Source: Myxococcaceae bacterium (GTDB taxonomy: Bacteria > Myxococcota > Myxococcia > Myxococcales > Myxococcaceae). Taken from it: a DNA stretch of 64,000 bases. The stretch's first letter is position 1; each line of letters begins with the position of its first letter. This document shows, one piece after another, positions 52,339-62,062 of this stretch. Where the stretch lies: NCBI GenBank assembly GCA_044223505.1, contig JBGALX010000012.1, positions 90,174 through 154,173 on the forward strand, written 5' to 3'. The notes beneath the pieces are model-generated. The model was not told the origin of the DNA. It saw only the letters and a list, made by a program, of their open reading frames with translations, and made no database searches. The position numbers were made by a program, and so were the translations under genes.

Positions 52339-52752
52339 GTGAGAGTCACCTTCACCGCGAGAGCCGAGCCGCTGCTGGCGCAAGCGGTCGCGGCGATGCG
52401 AGAGCAGAAGAGGCTCCTCGCAGAGGGGCTGCTGAAGCTGCCAGACGAGCTCCTCGAGCGCATGAGCGGGGTCACCACGCCGGAGGCCGCCGTCGTCATG
52501 GGCCCGACGAGCGTGCTGCCGTGGTTCGACGGAGCGCTCTACCTCGGCGCCCGCGGCGGCCTATTGATGCCGTCGTGGGCCGAGCCCGACGTCGACCCGC
52601 AGCTGCTCGAGCGCGCGCTGAGGCGAGGTCTGCCGCAGGCGCCCGTCGGGCCGCTCGCGCTGCTGTTCACGCGGCTCGACGAAGCGCCGCTGGTGGTGCC
52701 GCTGTCGGGGGCGAGGCCGCTGTCGCGCGAGCACGTCGGCAAGCTGCTCTGA
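52339..52752 (+). CDS. Hypothetical protein (137 aa) immediately downstream of the MoxR-family gene.
   Basis: High GC3. A GAAGGG Shine-Dalgarno lies before the GTG. No vWA domain. Confidence 0.55.
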   Translation: MRVTFTARAEPLLAQAVAAMREQKRLLAEGLLKLPDELLERMSGVTTPEAAVVMGPTSVLPWFDGALYLGARGGLLMPSWAEPDVDPQLLERALRRGLPQAPVGPLALLFTRLDEAPLVVPLSGARPLSREHVGKLL

Positions 52753-52867
52753 CGACGACTCCGTTGCCTTCGGCGTCGAGCACCTCGAACGGCACCTGGC
52801 CGACGTGCGGTGCTCGACGAGCGAGCTGCGCGGGCTTGCGCCCAGGCTGGGCGGTTCGCGCCCTCGG

Positions 52868-55800
52868 CTACTTCCACTTGCCGTTGCCGAAGGTGCCGGC
52901 GACGGGCGGGGTGAGCTTCTCTCGGCCGCCGGTGCCGGCGTGGCACGAGGTGCAGTCTTCACCGGCGGTCGACCCCTCGTGGTTGCCGATGCGCTCCTGG
53001 TTGGCGCTCGGGTGGGTGATGGTCAGGCTGGCGTTGGTGGTCGTCGCGGTCGCGGCGCTCGAGATGGTGAAGCTCGTGGCGTTGGTGATGGTCCTGATGG
53101 TGATGGTGCCGGCGGGAATGGGGGTGCCGGTGATTCGCATACCGACCGCCAGATCCGCCGTCGAGGCGGTCGTCACCGTGGTGCTGCCCGACGTGGTCGA
53201 CGCGACGAGGGCGAGCGGCCCGCTGCTGACCAGGTACGGGCTGCCGGTGTTGTGGCACATCACGCAGTACGTCGGGTTGGTGCTCGCGTTGTAGAGCGTG
53301 CTGCCGAGGTTCGGCGAAGCGGCCACCCCGTTGATGGTCACGTTCGTCGTGAGGCCCGCATGGTTGTAGTTGGAGATCTTCGCGTAGTTCACGCCGGGGT
53401 GGCACTGCGCGCAGCTCGTGTAGGTATTGGCTGGCGGGTGGGCGAGGGTGATGGTGAGCGAGGTGATGTTCGAGCCCGACGTCCACGGGCCGAGCGTGAT
53501 GGTCGCGGGTGCGCCGGTGGCGCCCTTCCAGTTCGGCGCCGACGAGGTGCCGGTGCCCGGCCAGCTGTGACAGCTCGCGCAGTCTTGGCTGCCGGGAGTG
53601 CTCGTGAAGCCCGAGTGATTGTATTTGAACTGTGGCCCCGGCTTCACGTTCAGGTGGCAGTTGCTGCACCGCCCGTTCACGCCATCGCTCACGAGCGGGT
53701 TGCTGCCGGTGAACCGGGTGTGGAACCTCGCCTGCGCCCACTCGACGCCCATGACGCCGGCGACCGTCGAGGGCCCGCTCTGGGTATGGCAGAAGTTGCA
53801 GTCGTGGCCCGTCACGTTCACGTCGGCGTGCGTGATTTGGTCGTGTGTGCCCGGCGGCACGCCGCTGTCGGGCGTCGACGGCACCGTCGAGAGCGTCGCG
53901 CTGTCGATGAGCCCGGCGGGCAGGTTGTTCCTCGTGCCCACGACGTTGCCGCCGCCGTTCGTCAGGCCGTGGCACTCGCGGCAGGTCGTGGCCGTCGTCA
54001 CCGAGGCGTGGAAGGGGGCGCTCTTGCTCCATGCGCTGCCCGTGGCCTTGGCGTCGGCCCGGTGGCAGACCACACAGTCTTTGCCGATGACGAGGGGCGA
54101 GCCGTGGTTCATCCACTGGGCGCCGTTCGTGGCGGTGCCGCCCTGCGCGAGCGAGTAGGTCACGCTGCTCTGCGTCGAGGCGTTCGCGGCGGGCAGCGTC
54201 ACCTGGTGGCACGACACGCAGGTGGCAGGCTGGCTCGCACCGAAGCTCGAGTGCAGGGCGCCGCCGCTCCATCGCGTCGAGACCGGAGTCTGCGTCGCCA
54301 TGCCCAGCGCGCCCGAGTGGCACGTCTGGCACGCCTGAGTCGTCATCTCGGGCGCTCGGTGCTGCATGCGGTAGCGCATCATCAGCGTCAGGTCTGCCTG
54401 AGCGGCGCTCGCCATCAGCGGGTAGTGGCAGCTCACGCACTCGCTCGGCTGCTCGGCGCCGATTCGGGTGTGGAAGGTGCCGTCGGCCCAGCTGGTGCCG
54501 GGGGTGCCCCGGTGACAGGTCGAGCAGTCGAGCCCCGTCACGCCCGAGTCGGAAGCGAAGCGGGCGTGGTGGTCCATCGGGAGCAGCGTCGAGCTCATGC
54601 GCTCGACGATGCCCGGAGCCAGCATCTGGTTGTGACAGTCGAGGCACTGGCCGTTGGGCTGCGGCAGCCCCGCATCGGTGACCGCGAGGTGGAAGACGCC
54701 GTCGGCGTAGCCGCCCGGCTTGTGGCACAGCGGGCACCTCGACGTGTCGGGGTTCGAGCCGCCGTCAGACGAGCCCGGCCGCATCGAGAGGGGTATCGCC
54801 GTCGAAGCGTGCAGCATGCCCTGGTACAGCGGCACGTTCGTCGTCGACATCGACGTCACGAGGTTCAGCGGCCCAGAGCGGTTGAGCGTGATGTTGCTCA
54901 CGGTGATGAACCGACTCGTCGAGCTGATGAAGCTCGCCGGGTACGGCTCGCCGCCGGCCCAGTCGCTCAAGGCCTGGTAGCGGTTCGCGGTGACCGTCGC
55001 CTGGTGGCAGCCGAAGCAGTCGCCCGTGCCGTCGGTCGCGTGGTTGAAGGCCGGTGGGGCTCCGACGGGCATCGTCGGCCGCTGGCTCACGTGACACGAG
55101 ATGCAGCGCACGGCCGAGGGCGTGTTGGGGCCGTGCTGGAAGTCGCCGCCCACCCAGTTCGGAGTCCCGCCCCACATGCCGGTGCCCGGGCCCTTGTGGC
55201 AGAGCGCGCAGTCTTGACCGTCTCCGTGCGTGTTGCCGGAGCTGTTCGTGCCGTAGTCGAACGGCCGGCTGGTGTAGGTGGTGCTCAGCCACTGGGTGGT
55301 GTCGGTCGGGCGCCGCCCGTCGTGACACGGCAAGCAGGTGGCGGGCGTGGCCGAGCCCGCCAGGTGGAACCTGCCGCCCGCCCAGCCGGTGCCGTCGAGC
55401 GCGCTCGCGTTGAAGTGGCACGTCTTGCAGTCGGCGAGGGCGCTGGGCTCCTGGTGGTCGAACTTGAGGCCGTTCGGCTGGCTGACGATGGCGGTGGGGC
55501 GCGAGTTCGCGTGGCAGTCGAGACACGAGTCGACCCTCGCCGTCAGCGAGGGGTGGAACTTCGCCGGCGCCGCGCCGGTCTTGCCGTCGACCCACGTGGC
55601 CGCGCGGGCCGCGCTCGGCGCCTGGTGGCACAGCGAGCAGTCTTGCGGCACCAGCCCGGTCATCGTCGGAGCCCCGCTCGCCCACGCGACCGCTTCGTGC
55701 CTCATCTCGCCCGACGCCGGGTCGCGGCCGGGCGGGCTGACCAGCGGGCCGACGAACCCGCGGGGCTGCGTCGCGACGTGGCAGTCGGTGCAGCCGCTGA

Positions 55801-56518
55801 CGGTCACGCCCAGGGTCACGAGCGAGCTGTGGAGCTCGCCCGGGTAGTAGCCGCCGAGGGCGGCGTCGACGTGGCAGGCCTCGCAGGTCGCCAGGGTCGC
55901 CGCTGGAACCTGGGTCGAGCTGTGGTTCATCACCTGCTTGAGGCTCTGCTGATCAGGCGTCAGGCTGATGATCGACTGCCCCGACCAGGTCGGCACCAGC
56001 CCGGTGACCTGCACGTCACGGCTCGGGTCGCTCGAGTCGCTCGGCGCGCCGGTCGCGTCTTTCCAGGTCTGCGTGTTGTGGCAACCGCCGCACCCCGACG
56101 TGCCCATCGGCCGGTGCGTGAAGCCCGGGATCGGCAGCGCGGCGAACGGGGCGTCGACGTCGTGGCAGGTCGCGCACTCGCTCGACACGACGCCGGTGTG
56201 TGAGAACGGCATCTGTTCGCCGGTGGGGTGGCAGGTGAAGCACGTTCGCTCACCGAAGGTGTAGTCGCCGACGCCCTTGTGCAGCAGGCTCGAGATGCCT
56301 TGATCATGAATGTGGCAGCTGACGCAGGTGAAGTCTTTGAAGCTCTCGGCCGCCGGAGGGTGACAGGCGTCGCACCCGCTCAGCTTCGCGAGGTCGTGGT
56401 TGGTGCCCGCAACGATGGGGAAGTAGACGTGCCCCTCGGGCGTCAGGCCCTGGCCGGTGCCTTTTCCTCCGGGCGTACATGCGGCTGTGGCGACGACGGC
56501 GAGCGTCAGCAGGCGCAT
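52868..56518 (-). CDS. Giant multiheme c-type cytochrome lipoprotein (about 28 CxxCH motifs).
   Basis: MRLLTLAVVATAAC lipobox. 28 CxxCH heme-binding motifs counted across 1216 aa (CDACH, CVSCH, CFTCH, CATCH, CGGCH ... CVMCH, CTSCH). Thr/Ser/Gly-rich linkers sit between them. Confidence 0.9.
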   Translation of the reverse strand: MRLLTLAVVATAACTPGGKGTGQGLTPEGHVYFPIVAGTNHDLAKLSGCDACHPPAAESFKDFTCVSCHIHDQGISSLLHKGVGDYTFGERTCFTCHPTGEQMPFSHTGVVSSECATCHDVDAPFAALPIPGFTHRPMGTSGCGGCHNTQTWKDATGAPSDSSDPSRDVQVTGLVPTWSGQSIISLTPDQQSLKQVMNHSSTQVPAATLATCEACHVDAALGGYYPGELHSSLVTLGVTVSGCTDCHVATQPRGFVGPLVSPPGRDPASGEMRHEAVAWASGAPTMTGLVPQDCSLCHQAPSAARAATWVDGKTGAAPAKFHPSLTARVDSCLDCHANSRPTAIVSQPNGLKFDHQEPSALADCKTCHFNASALDGTGWAGGRFHLAGSATPATCLPCHDGRRPTDTTQWLSTTYTSRPFDYGTNSSGNTHGDGQDCALCHKGPGTGMWGGTPNWVGGDFQHGPNTPSAVRCISCHVSQRPTMPVGAPPAFNHATDGTGDCFGCHQATVTANRYQALSDWAGGEPYPASFISSTSRFITVSNITLNRSGPLNLVTSMSTTNVPLYQGMLHASTAIPLSMRPGSSDGGSNPDTSRCPLCHKPGGYADGVFHLAVTDAGLPQPNGQCLDCHNQMLAPGIVERMSSTLLPMDHHARFASDSGVTGLDCSTCHRGTPGTSWADGTFHTRIGAEQPSECVSCHYPLMASAAQADLTLMMRYRMQHRAPEMTTQACQTCHSGALGMATQTPVSTRWSGGALHSSFGASQPATCVSCHQVTLPAANASTQSSVTYSLAQGGTATNGAQWMNHGSPLVIGKDCVVCHRADAKATGSAWSKSAPFHASVTTATTCRECHGLTNGGGNVVGTRNNLPAGLIDSATLSTVPSTPDSGVPPGTHDQITHADVNVTGHDCNFCHTQSGPSTVAGVMGVEWAQARFHTRFTGSNPLVSDGVNGRCSNCHLNVKPGPQFKYNHSGFTSTPGSQDCASCHSWPGTGTSSAPNWKGATGAPATITLGPWTSGSNITSLTITLAHPPANTYTSCAQCHPGVNYAKISNYNHAGLTTNVTINGVAASPNLGSTLYNASTNPTYCVMCHNTGSPYLVSSGPLALVASTTSGSTTVTTASTADLAVGMRITGTPIPAGTITIRTITNATSFTISSAATATTTNASLTITHPSANQERIGNHEGSTAGEDCTSCHAGTGGREKLTPPVAGTFGNGKWK

Positions 56519-56713
56519 GGCTCAAATGTACCTTGACGCGGATCAAGGCAGGCGCGTGCGCGCGGCCTGGGCCTCTCGTTCGATGGAGACCTCGGCGCAG
56601 AAGGTCGCTGATGGCGCCGAAGGTCCCACAGCAGCCGGGGGTTCCCTCGAACCGCCGACCTTGTCGCCGTGCTTGTCTTTGCGCACAGGTCGAGCCACAC
56701 GTACCGCTCGACC

Positions 56714-57598
56714 ATGATGGCCTCGTACGAGATCGAGCTGCCCGAGCCCTCGCGGTCGCTGTGCGACTGCTGCGGTGGCCTGAGCGTCCGCATGACGCGG
56801 TTCGTGCTCCGCAACGACGCCCCGTACGCCGTCTACTGCGCCGCCTACTCGAACCATCGCTCGCACCGCGAGCTCGCGATGCTCGTGTCGCTCGGCGAGT
56901 GGGGCGAAGGCAGCACGCCTTCCCAGCGCTCGGCCTTCTACTGCCGCATTCGCCCGAGCGGTGACTCGTACGAGCTCATGCTCGGCGACGCCGCGAGGTC
57001 GAGCTGGGCCGACGACGAGCGCGTCGGCGCCAAGCTCTCGCGCGAGCAGGCCCTCGCGCACCCGATGAAGTCGATCGCGTTCGGGCTGATCGACGACGTG
57101 TTCCACAAAGACCCCTCGCTGCGCGGCTTCCTCGAGCGCGTGCACTGCGGCGACGCGGCGGCTCCGCTCGAGCGCAACTTCGCCATGCCCGACGACGTCT
57201 TCGAGCTCGGCGATGCGAGAGCGACACGCGCCGAGCTCGGCCGCAACTTCGTCGTGCTCGACGGCGAACGGCACTTCGTGCGCTGCCTGCTCCCGCTCGA
57301 CGTCGAAGAGTACGGCAGCTGGAACGTCGGCCTCTGGGTCGAGGTCTCGAAGGCCGACTACGACCACGCTTCGAAGGTGTGGGAAGACGCGGCGCTGTAC
57401 CCGAAGCTCGAGCTCCGAGGCACGCTCGCGAACGACGTCGCCACCGACATCGGGCTGCCCATCGCCGCGCGCAGCGAGCTTCACGTTCGCGTGGTCGACG
57501 CCGAAGAGCTGCCGCAGATCTCGCCGCCCGCGAGCCTCGCCCGGCAGTGGCCGAAAGACGACTTCGAGCGCTTCGCCGTCACGCGCGGCTTTCTGTGA
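56714..57598 (+). CDS. DUF2199-like protein with an N-terminal Cys cluster.
   Basis: MMASYEIELPEPSRSLCDCCGG...YAVYCAAYSNH... Family name recalled from memory. Confidence 0.6.
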   Translation: MMASYEIELPEPSRSLCDCCGGLSVRMTRFVLRNDAPYAVYCAAYSNHRSHRELAMLVSLGEWGEGSTPSQRSAFYCRIRPSGDSYELMLGDAARSSWADDERVGAKLSREQALAHPMKSIAFGLIDDVFHKDPSLRGFLERVHCGDAAAPLERNFAMPDDVFELGDARATRAELGRNFVVLDGERHFVRCLLPLDVEEYGSWNVGLWVEVSKADYDHASKVWEDAALYPKLELRGTLANDVATDIGLPIAARSELHVRVVDAEELPQISPPASLARQWPKDDFERFAVTRGFL

Positions 57599-58809
57599 TG
57601 CTGACGCTCGTCGTGCTGCTGCAGCTGCAGCAACCCTGGCCGCCCCCGCCGTGGGCACCGGGCGGGGCCTCGCGCCCCGAAGACCTCGCAATCACGCTCG
57701 CGACGATGGGGCCCGGCGACGGCGTCGCCTACATGGGAGGTCACTCGGCGCTCGGCGTCATCGACACGAAGCGCATGGAGGGCCGCCTCTACAACTTCGG
57801 CGTCGTCGAGTTCTCGCCCGACCTGATGTGGAACTTCGTGCTCGGCCGCCTCGACTTCTACGCCGACGAAGCGGCCATCGAGTCGACGTACGACGTGTAC
57901 CGCGCGCTCGACCGCGACGTCCGCGTGCAGGTGCTGAACTTGAGCCCCGAGCAGTCGCTGAAGCTGGCGAACGCGCTCGCGGTGGGCGTGCTGCCCGAGA
58001 ACCGCACGTTCCGCTACCACCACTTCGACGACAACTGCTCGACGCGACCTCGCGACCTCATCGACCGGGCGTTCGGCGGCGCCCTGTCGCGCGACAACCA
58101 GGGCCCGGCGCGCATGAGCCTGCGCGAGCACTCGCGGCGCTACACGAGGGTGTTCCCCTTCTTGTCGGTCTGGCTCGACTACATGCAGAACGACAGCGTC
58201 GACCGGCCCATCAAGCGCTACGACGAGGCCTTCCTGCCCGACGAGCTCGAGCGGCAGCTCGACAACCTCGTCGTCGACGGCCAGAGCGCCGTGAAGAAGA
58301 AGACGACGCTCTACCAGTCGAAGACGAACCCGCCGCCGCCGAACGACTCGCCCCGCTGGAGCGCCTGGCTCGCCTGCTTCTCGCTGCTCGCCGGCGCCGC
58401 GGTGCTGGTGCTGAGCCGCAGCCGGAAGGCCGCCGCGCGCAAGGCGCTCGGGGTCTTCTTCGCGCTCGTCGGTCTCGTCTGGGGCGGCAGCGGCCTCTTG
58501 CTGTTCATGCTCGGGTTCTTCACCGAGCACCTCATCACGCACGGCAACGAGAACCTGCTGTTCGCGAGCCCGCTGACGCTGCTGCTCTTGCCGCTGGGAG
58601 TGCTGCTGTACCGGAATCACCCGCGCGCGCTGAAGGGGCTCGAGTGGGTGACGCTCGCGCTCGCCGGCCTCGCGCTCATCGGCGTCGCCGCGAAGGTGCT
58701 GCCGAGGTTCGACCAGCAGAACGGCAACGTCATCGCCCTGGTGCTGCCGCTGAGCCTCGCGTGCGCCGTCGCCTTCCGGCTTCGCGGCCGCGCTGAAGCG
58801 AAGAGCTGA
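57598..58809 (+). CDS. DUF4105-family membrane protein (periplasmic N-domain plus about 4 TM helices).
   Basis: Signal/TM segment MLTLVVLLQLQQ. Middle region ...RVQVLNLSPEQSLKLANALAVGVLPENRTFRYHHFDDNCSTRPRDLID. A C-terminal TM bundle. The start overlaps the upstream stop (TGATG); the exact start is accurate to about 3 nt. Confidence 0.65.
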   Translation: MLTLVVLLQLQQPWPPPPWAPGGASRPEDLAITLATMGPGDGVAYMGGHSALGVIDTKRMEGRLYNFGVVEFSPDLMWNFVLGRLDFYADEAAIESTYDVYRALDRDVRVQVLNLSPEQSLKLANALAVGVLPENRTFRYHHFDDNCSTRPRDLIDRAFGGALSRDNQGPARMSLREHSRRYTRVFPFLSVWLDYMQNDSVDRPIKRYDEAFLPDELERQLDNLVVDGQSAVKKKTTLYQSKTNPPPPNDSPRWSAWLACFSLLAGAAVLVLSRSRKAAARKALGVFFALVGLVWGGSGLLLFMLGFFTEHLITHGNENLLFASPLTLLLLPLGVLLYRNHPRALKGLEWVTLALAGLALIGVAAKVLPRFDQQNGNVIALVLPLSLACAVAFRLRGRAEAKS

Positions 58810-58836
58810 GGTCGCCGCCGTCGAAGGGGGCTTCCG

Positions 58837-60351
58837 TCAGAGCTGACTGGGGTCCGTCGGCGCGCCGAGGCCCTTCGCGTTGAGAATCGCCTGCTCCTGG
58901 GGCAGCCGCTCGAGCCAGAACGTGCGCAAGAAGTCGAACGCCTTCGCGAGGGTCTTGCTCGGGGCGTCGAAGTTCGCTCCGCCGTCCTGGCCCGAGGCCT
59001 TCAGCATCGCGTAGAGCAGCTTCGGCACGTAGTCGTTCTTCTTCACCTCGTACGACGAGGGCACCATCGGGAAGCCGCGGTCGTGGTGGAAGTTGAACTC
59101 GAAGAACTCGATGGCGCTCTTGAGCTGCGGGTCCTTCACCTCGGCGAGCTTGTCGGCCAGCTCGGCGCGCCACACGTCGATCTGCTTCTGCAGCTGGCGG
59201 ATCTGCGGCTCGGTCATGCGGTGCTCGGCCTCGTACGCCAGCCGCTTCCCGAAGATCGCCGAGTTGTGCCGCGCGTCGTGCACGTAGAAGTCGGAGCCCG
59301 GGCGCACGAAGCCGTCTGCCGCGACCGGCTCCTGCGTGACGCCCATCAGGAACAGGTCGTACTGCGCGAGCCGCATGAAGACGTCGGTGCCGAGGGGCTC
59401 GCTGGTCGGCAGGCTGATCAGCTTCAGCTCCGACGTGTTCGCGAACGCGTCGACGAACGGCTTCTGCACCTTCCGGAAGCCCGAGCCGACGCCGGGGTTC
59501 GCCTCGAAGATCGTCATCTGCCGGCTCTCGAAGAGCTTCACCTCTTCGGCCATCGTCACGTGCTTGTGGCCCTGCAGGAACCGATCGACGACCAGGAACG
59601 CGCGGTCTTTGAGCGAGAGGTCGCCCTCGTCGAAGTGCCCCATCGCGCGCGCCGAGAAGTACGAGAGCTCTTGCAGCCGCTCGTAGTCGATCTTCCCGCC
59701 CTTCAGGTGCCCGGCGACCTCGGCCTTCAGCGTCTGCAGGTGGTGGATGCCGAGCTCGTGCTCGGCGATCGCAGCAGTGTCGCCCTTCGGCAGGCGCTCG
59801 AGCTGTGAGCGCACCTTCTCGAGCTCCGCGCCGAGGTCCTTCTCGAAGCCCTTCAGCACCGGCAGGCCGTAGTCGCTGAAGTCGAAGCGGTACGGGTGCG
59901 CCGGGTCGACGCTGCGCTGCTCGGCGAACCGCGTCTTCACGCTCGCGATGAACGCGTCGGGGTCCTTCAGCACGACGTCGAGCGTCGGGTACTTGCCCAC
60001 CAGCTTCGCGTTCGCCTCGGCGTAGACCTTCTGCTGCTTCGCCGTCGCGCCGACGCCGAAGAGCGCGTCGGCCGAGCTCGCCTGGTGTTTCCCGAACCAG
60101 GCATGAGCCTGCGACGTCGTCGCCTTCGTCAGCTCGCCGACGAGCGCAGCGGCGCCGAGGCCGTCGTGCGCGCCCGCCTTCGCCTTGAACGCATCGGACA
60201 GCACCGCCTGCTCCGACGGCTGCAGCGGCCGGCCGAGGTGCCGCTCGGCCGCTGTCACGAGCTTCTGCAGCGTGGGCGACTCGACGGCGAGCCGCTGCTG
60301 CACGAAGGCGGCGAGGCCGGCGGTGGGCGCAGCGCTCTTGCTCAGGGCCAT
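58837..60351 (-). CDS. Hypothetical protein (504 aa), no signal peptide, no recognisable domain.
   Basis: High GC3 throughout. Lys-rich. Sits downstream of the muramidase gene on the same strand. Confidence 0.6.
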   Translation of the reverse strand: MALSKSAAPTAGLAAFVQQRLAVESPTLQKLVTAAERHLGRPLQPSEQAVLSDAFKAKAGAHDGLGAAALVGELTKATTSQAHAWFGKHQASSADALFGVGATAKQQKVYAEANAKLVGKYPTLDVVLKDPDAFIASVKTRFAEQRSVDPAHPYRFDFSDYGLPVLKGFEKDLGAELEKVRSQLERLPKGDTAAIAEHELGIHHLQTLKAEVAGHLKGGKIDYERLQELSYFSARAMGHFDEGDLSLKDRAFLVVDRFLQGHKHVTMAEEVKLFESRQMTIFEANPGVGSGFRKVQKPFVDAFANTSELKLISLPTSEPLGTDVFMRLAQYDLFLMGVTQEPVAADGFVRPGSDFYVHDARHNSAIFGKRLAYEAEHRMTEPQIRQLQKQIDVWRAELADKLAEVKDPQLKSAIEFFEFNFHHDRGFPMVPSSYEVKKNDYVPKLLYAMLKASGQDGGANFDAPSKTLAKAFDFLRTFWLERLPQEQAILNAKGLGAPTDPSQL

Positions 60352-60543
60352 GGGGTGACTTCACTCGCCCACCCGGTGAGCCACAATGCCGCGCGGCGCC
60401 ACTCCGAGTGGTACGGCGCGCCAGCCGCGGCCGCATGAACGTGCGAACCATCGAGCGGGCGTCGCTTCGCGAGCCACGACGTTCCGAGGTCAGGGCCTTG
60501 AAGCTCGGCCTCGTCGCCGCCGCGCTCGTGCGCGGGTTCGACC

Positions 60544-61851
60544 TCAGAACCAGCCCGCCCACTTCCGCAGCGCGAGCTCCGAGCCGCTGAAGACGTCGTT
60601 GTCGACGCCGCCCTTGATGCCCGTCTGCACGAACGGGAACTTGTAGTCGCTGCTCTGCGGGCTCCAGTGCGCGTCCCAGATGGGCGAGTGCGGCACGAGG
60701 TGGTGCGCCTGAGACACCCTGCTCGCCGAGCAGTAGATGAGCGGCCACTGCCCGGTCACCTGGTGCACGCGCACCGCCGCGTCGCGCAGCGTCTGCGGCG
60801 ACGAGAGCGCGCTGGCCTCCCAGTCGAGCGCGAGCCGCGTGCCCGGCTTCAGCGGCCCGTGCACGCCCATCGTCTTCAGGAAGTGGTCGGCCTGCGCACG
60901 GCCGTTGCCCGGCTGCAGGAAGTGGTACGCGATGCGCAGGTCGAACTTGCCGGGCTCGAGCTTCTTGCCGAGCGTGCTCCAGCGCCCGCGGAAGGTGCTG
61001 TCGACGCCGCGCGAACCGTCGGTCGCTTTGATCGCCATGAACCGCGTGCCAGGTCGCGCGAGCAGCTCGCGGAACTTCGCGTCGCTCTGCCAGTGCGAGA
61101 CGTCGTAGCCCTTCTGAAACCCGCCCGGCTTCACCGAGGGGAAGCGGCCGGCCGTCGCCGCCTTCTTCTGCAGCGCCGCCCGCGTCGCGCGGTTCGCCTC
61201 GCCCGTCACGGTGAGCCCCTGCCTCCGCTGAAACGCCCGCACCGCGCGCGCCGTGTCTGACGTGAAGCGGCCGTCGGCCTTGCCGGGGTCGCGGCCGAGC
61301 AGCTTCAGGTTCAGCTCGGCCTGCTTGACGCGGAACTGCGAGGTCTGGGCGAGCTGCGCGCCGATGGCGTCGCCCTTGTCGGGCACGAGCTTGTCCTGCT
61401 TGCGGAAGGCGTGGATGGCCGCGAGCGTCTTCGCGTCGAACGTGCCGTCGACCTTGCCGGTGTCGAAGCCGAGTGCGTCGAGCCGCGCTTCGACGGCGCG
61501 AATGTCGGTGCCGCGCTGGCCGAGCCGCGCGGGCGTCTCGAAGCCGCTCTTCACGAACAGCTGCTGCGCCTTGAGCGCGTTGACCTCGGCGGCGTCGAGC
61601 ACGCCGTCGGCGGTGAGGTCCTTCTGCGTCTGCAGCGCAGTGACCGCGGTCTGCGTCGCGGCGTCGTACGTGCCGTTCACCGGGCCGGTGTATGCGCCGA
61701 CTCCGCGCAAGAGCCGCTGCAGCGCTTCGACCGCGGGGCCGGTCTCGCCGGGCTGAAGCTGCTCGGCTCCGGCGACCGACGCGGTGATCCGCGAGAGATC
61801 CGCTCGCACGGCCTTCACTTCGCTGGGGAGAACCCGGTGGCGGAGAATCAT
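60544..61851 (-). CDS. GH25-family muramidase (lysozyme) fused to 4 peptidoglycan-binding (PG_binding_1-like) repeats. No signal peptide.
   Basis: Repeats GPAVEALQRLLRGVGAYTGPVNGTYDAATQTAV, GTDIRAVEARLDALGFDTGKVDGTFDAKTLAAI and two more. A GH25 core follows: GYDVSHWQSD...FMAIKATDG. Confidence 0.75.
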   Translation of the reverse strand: MILRHRVLPSEVKAVRADLSRITASVAGAEQLQPGETGPAVEALQRLLRGVGAYTGPVNGTYDAATQTAVTALQTQKDLTADGVLDAAEVNALKAQQLFVKSGFETPARLGQRGTDIRAVEARLDALGFDTGKVDGTFDAKTLAAIHAFRKQDKLVPDKGDAIGAQLAQTSQFRVKQAELNLKLLGRDPGKADGRFTSDTARAVRAFQRRQGLTVTGEANRATRAALQKKAATAGRFPSVKPGGFQKGYDVSHWQSDAKFRELLARPGTRFMAIKATDGSRGVDSTFRGRWSTLGKKLEPGKFDLRIAYHFLQPGNGRAQADHFLKTMGVHGPLKPGTRLALDWEASALSSPQTLRDAAVRVHQVTGQWPLIYCSASRVSQAHHLVPHSPIWDAHWSPQSSDYKFPFVQTGIKGGVDNDVFSGSELALRKWAGWF

Positions 61852-62062
61852 GACGACGTTTTCGAGCGCAGGTCGCGCTCCGTCGCCTGAAACGCCGGCG
61901 TGACGCAGACAAGCGCCACAGATGATTCGCGCTTCGACGCGTTTCTCTTCGCGTGAGAGCGCACTGTGAAGAAGCGTGCTCGAGAATTTTCGCAGAATCG
62001 CTGGCGCGCTTTACATCGTGCGCGTCATCGGGCGCCGCTCTTCGCAGCCTTCTTCGGCCGGG

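Noticed and set aside
52805-56203. 1132-aa plus-strand ORF and the overlapping 592-aa minus ORF (52959-54737).
   Set aside because: Alternative frames of the 28-heme cytochrome gene. Arg/Gly-rich text, with no signal peptide or heme-binding motifs.
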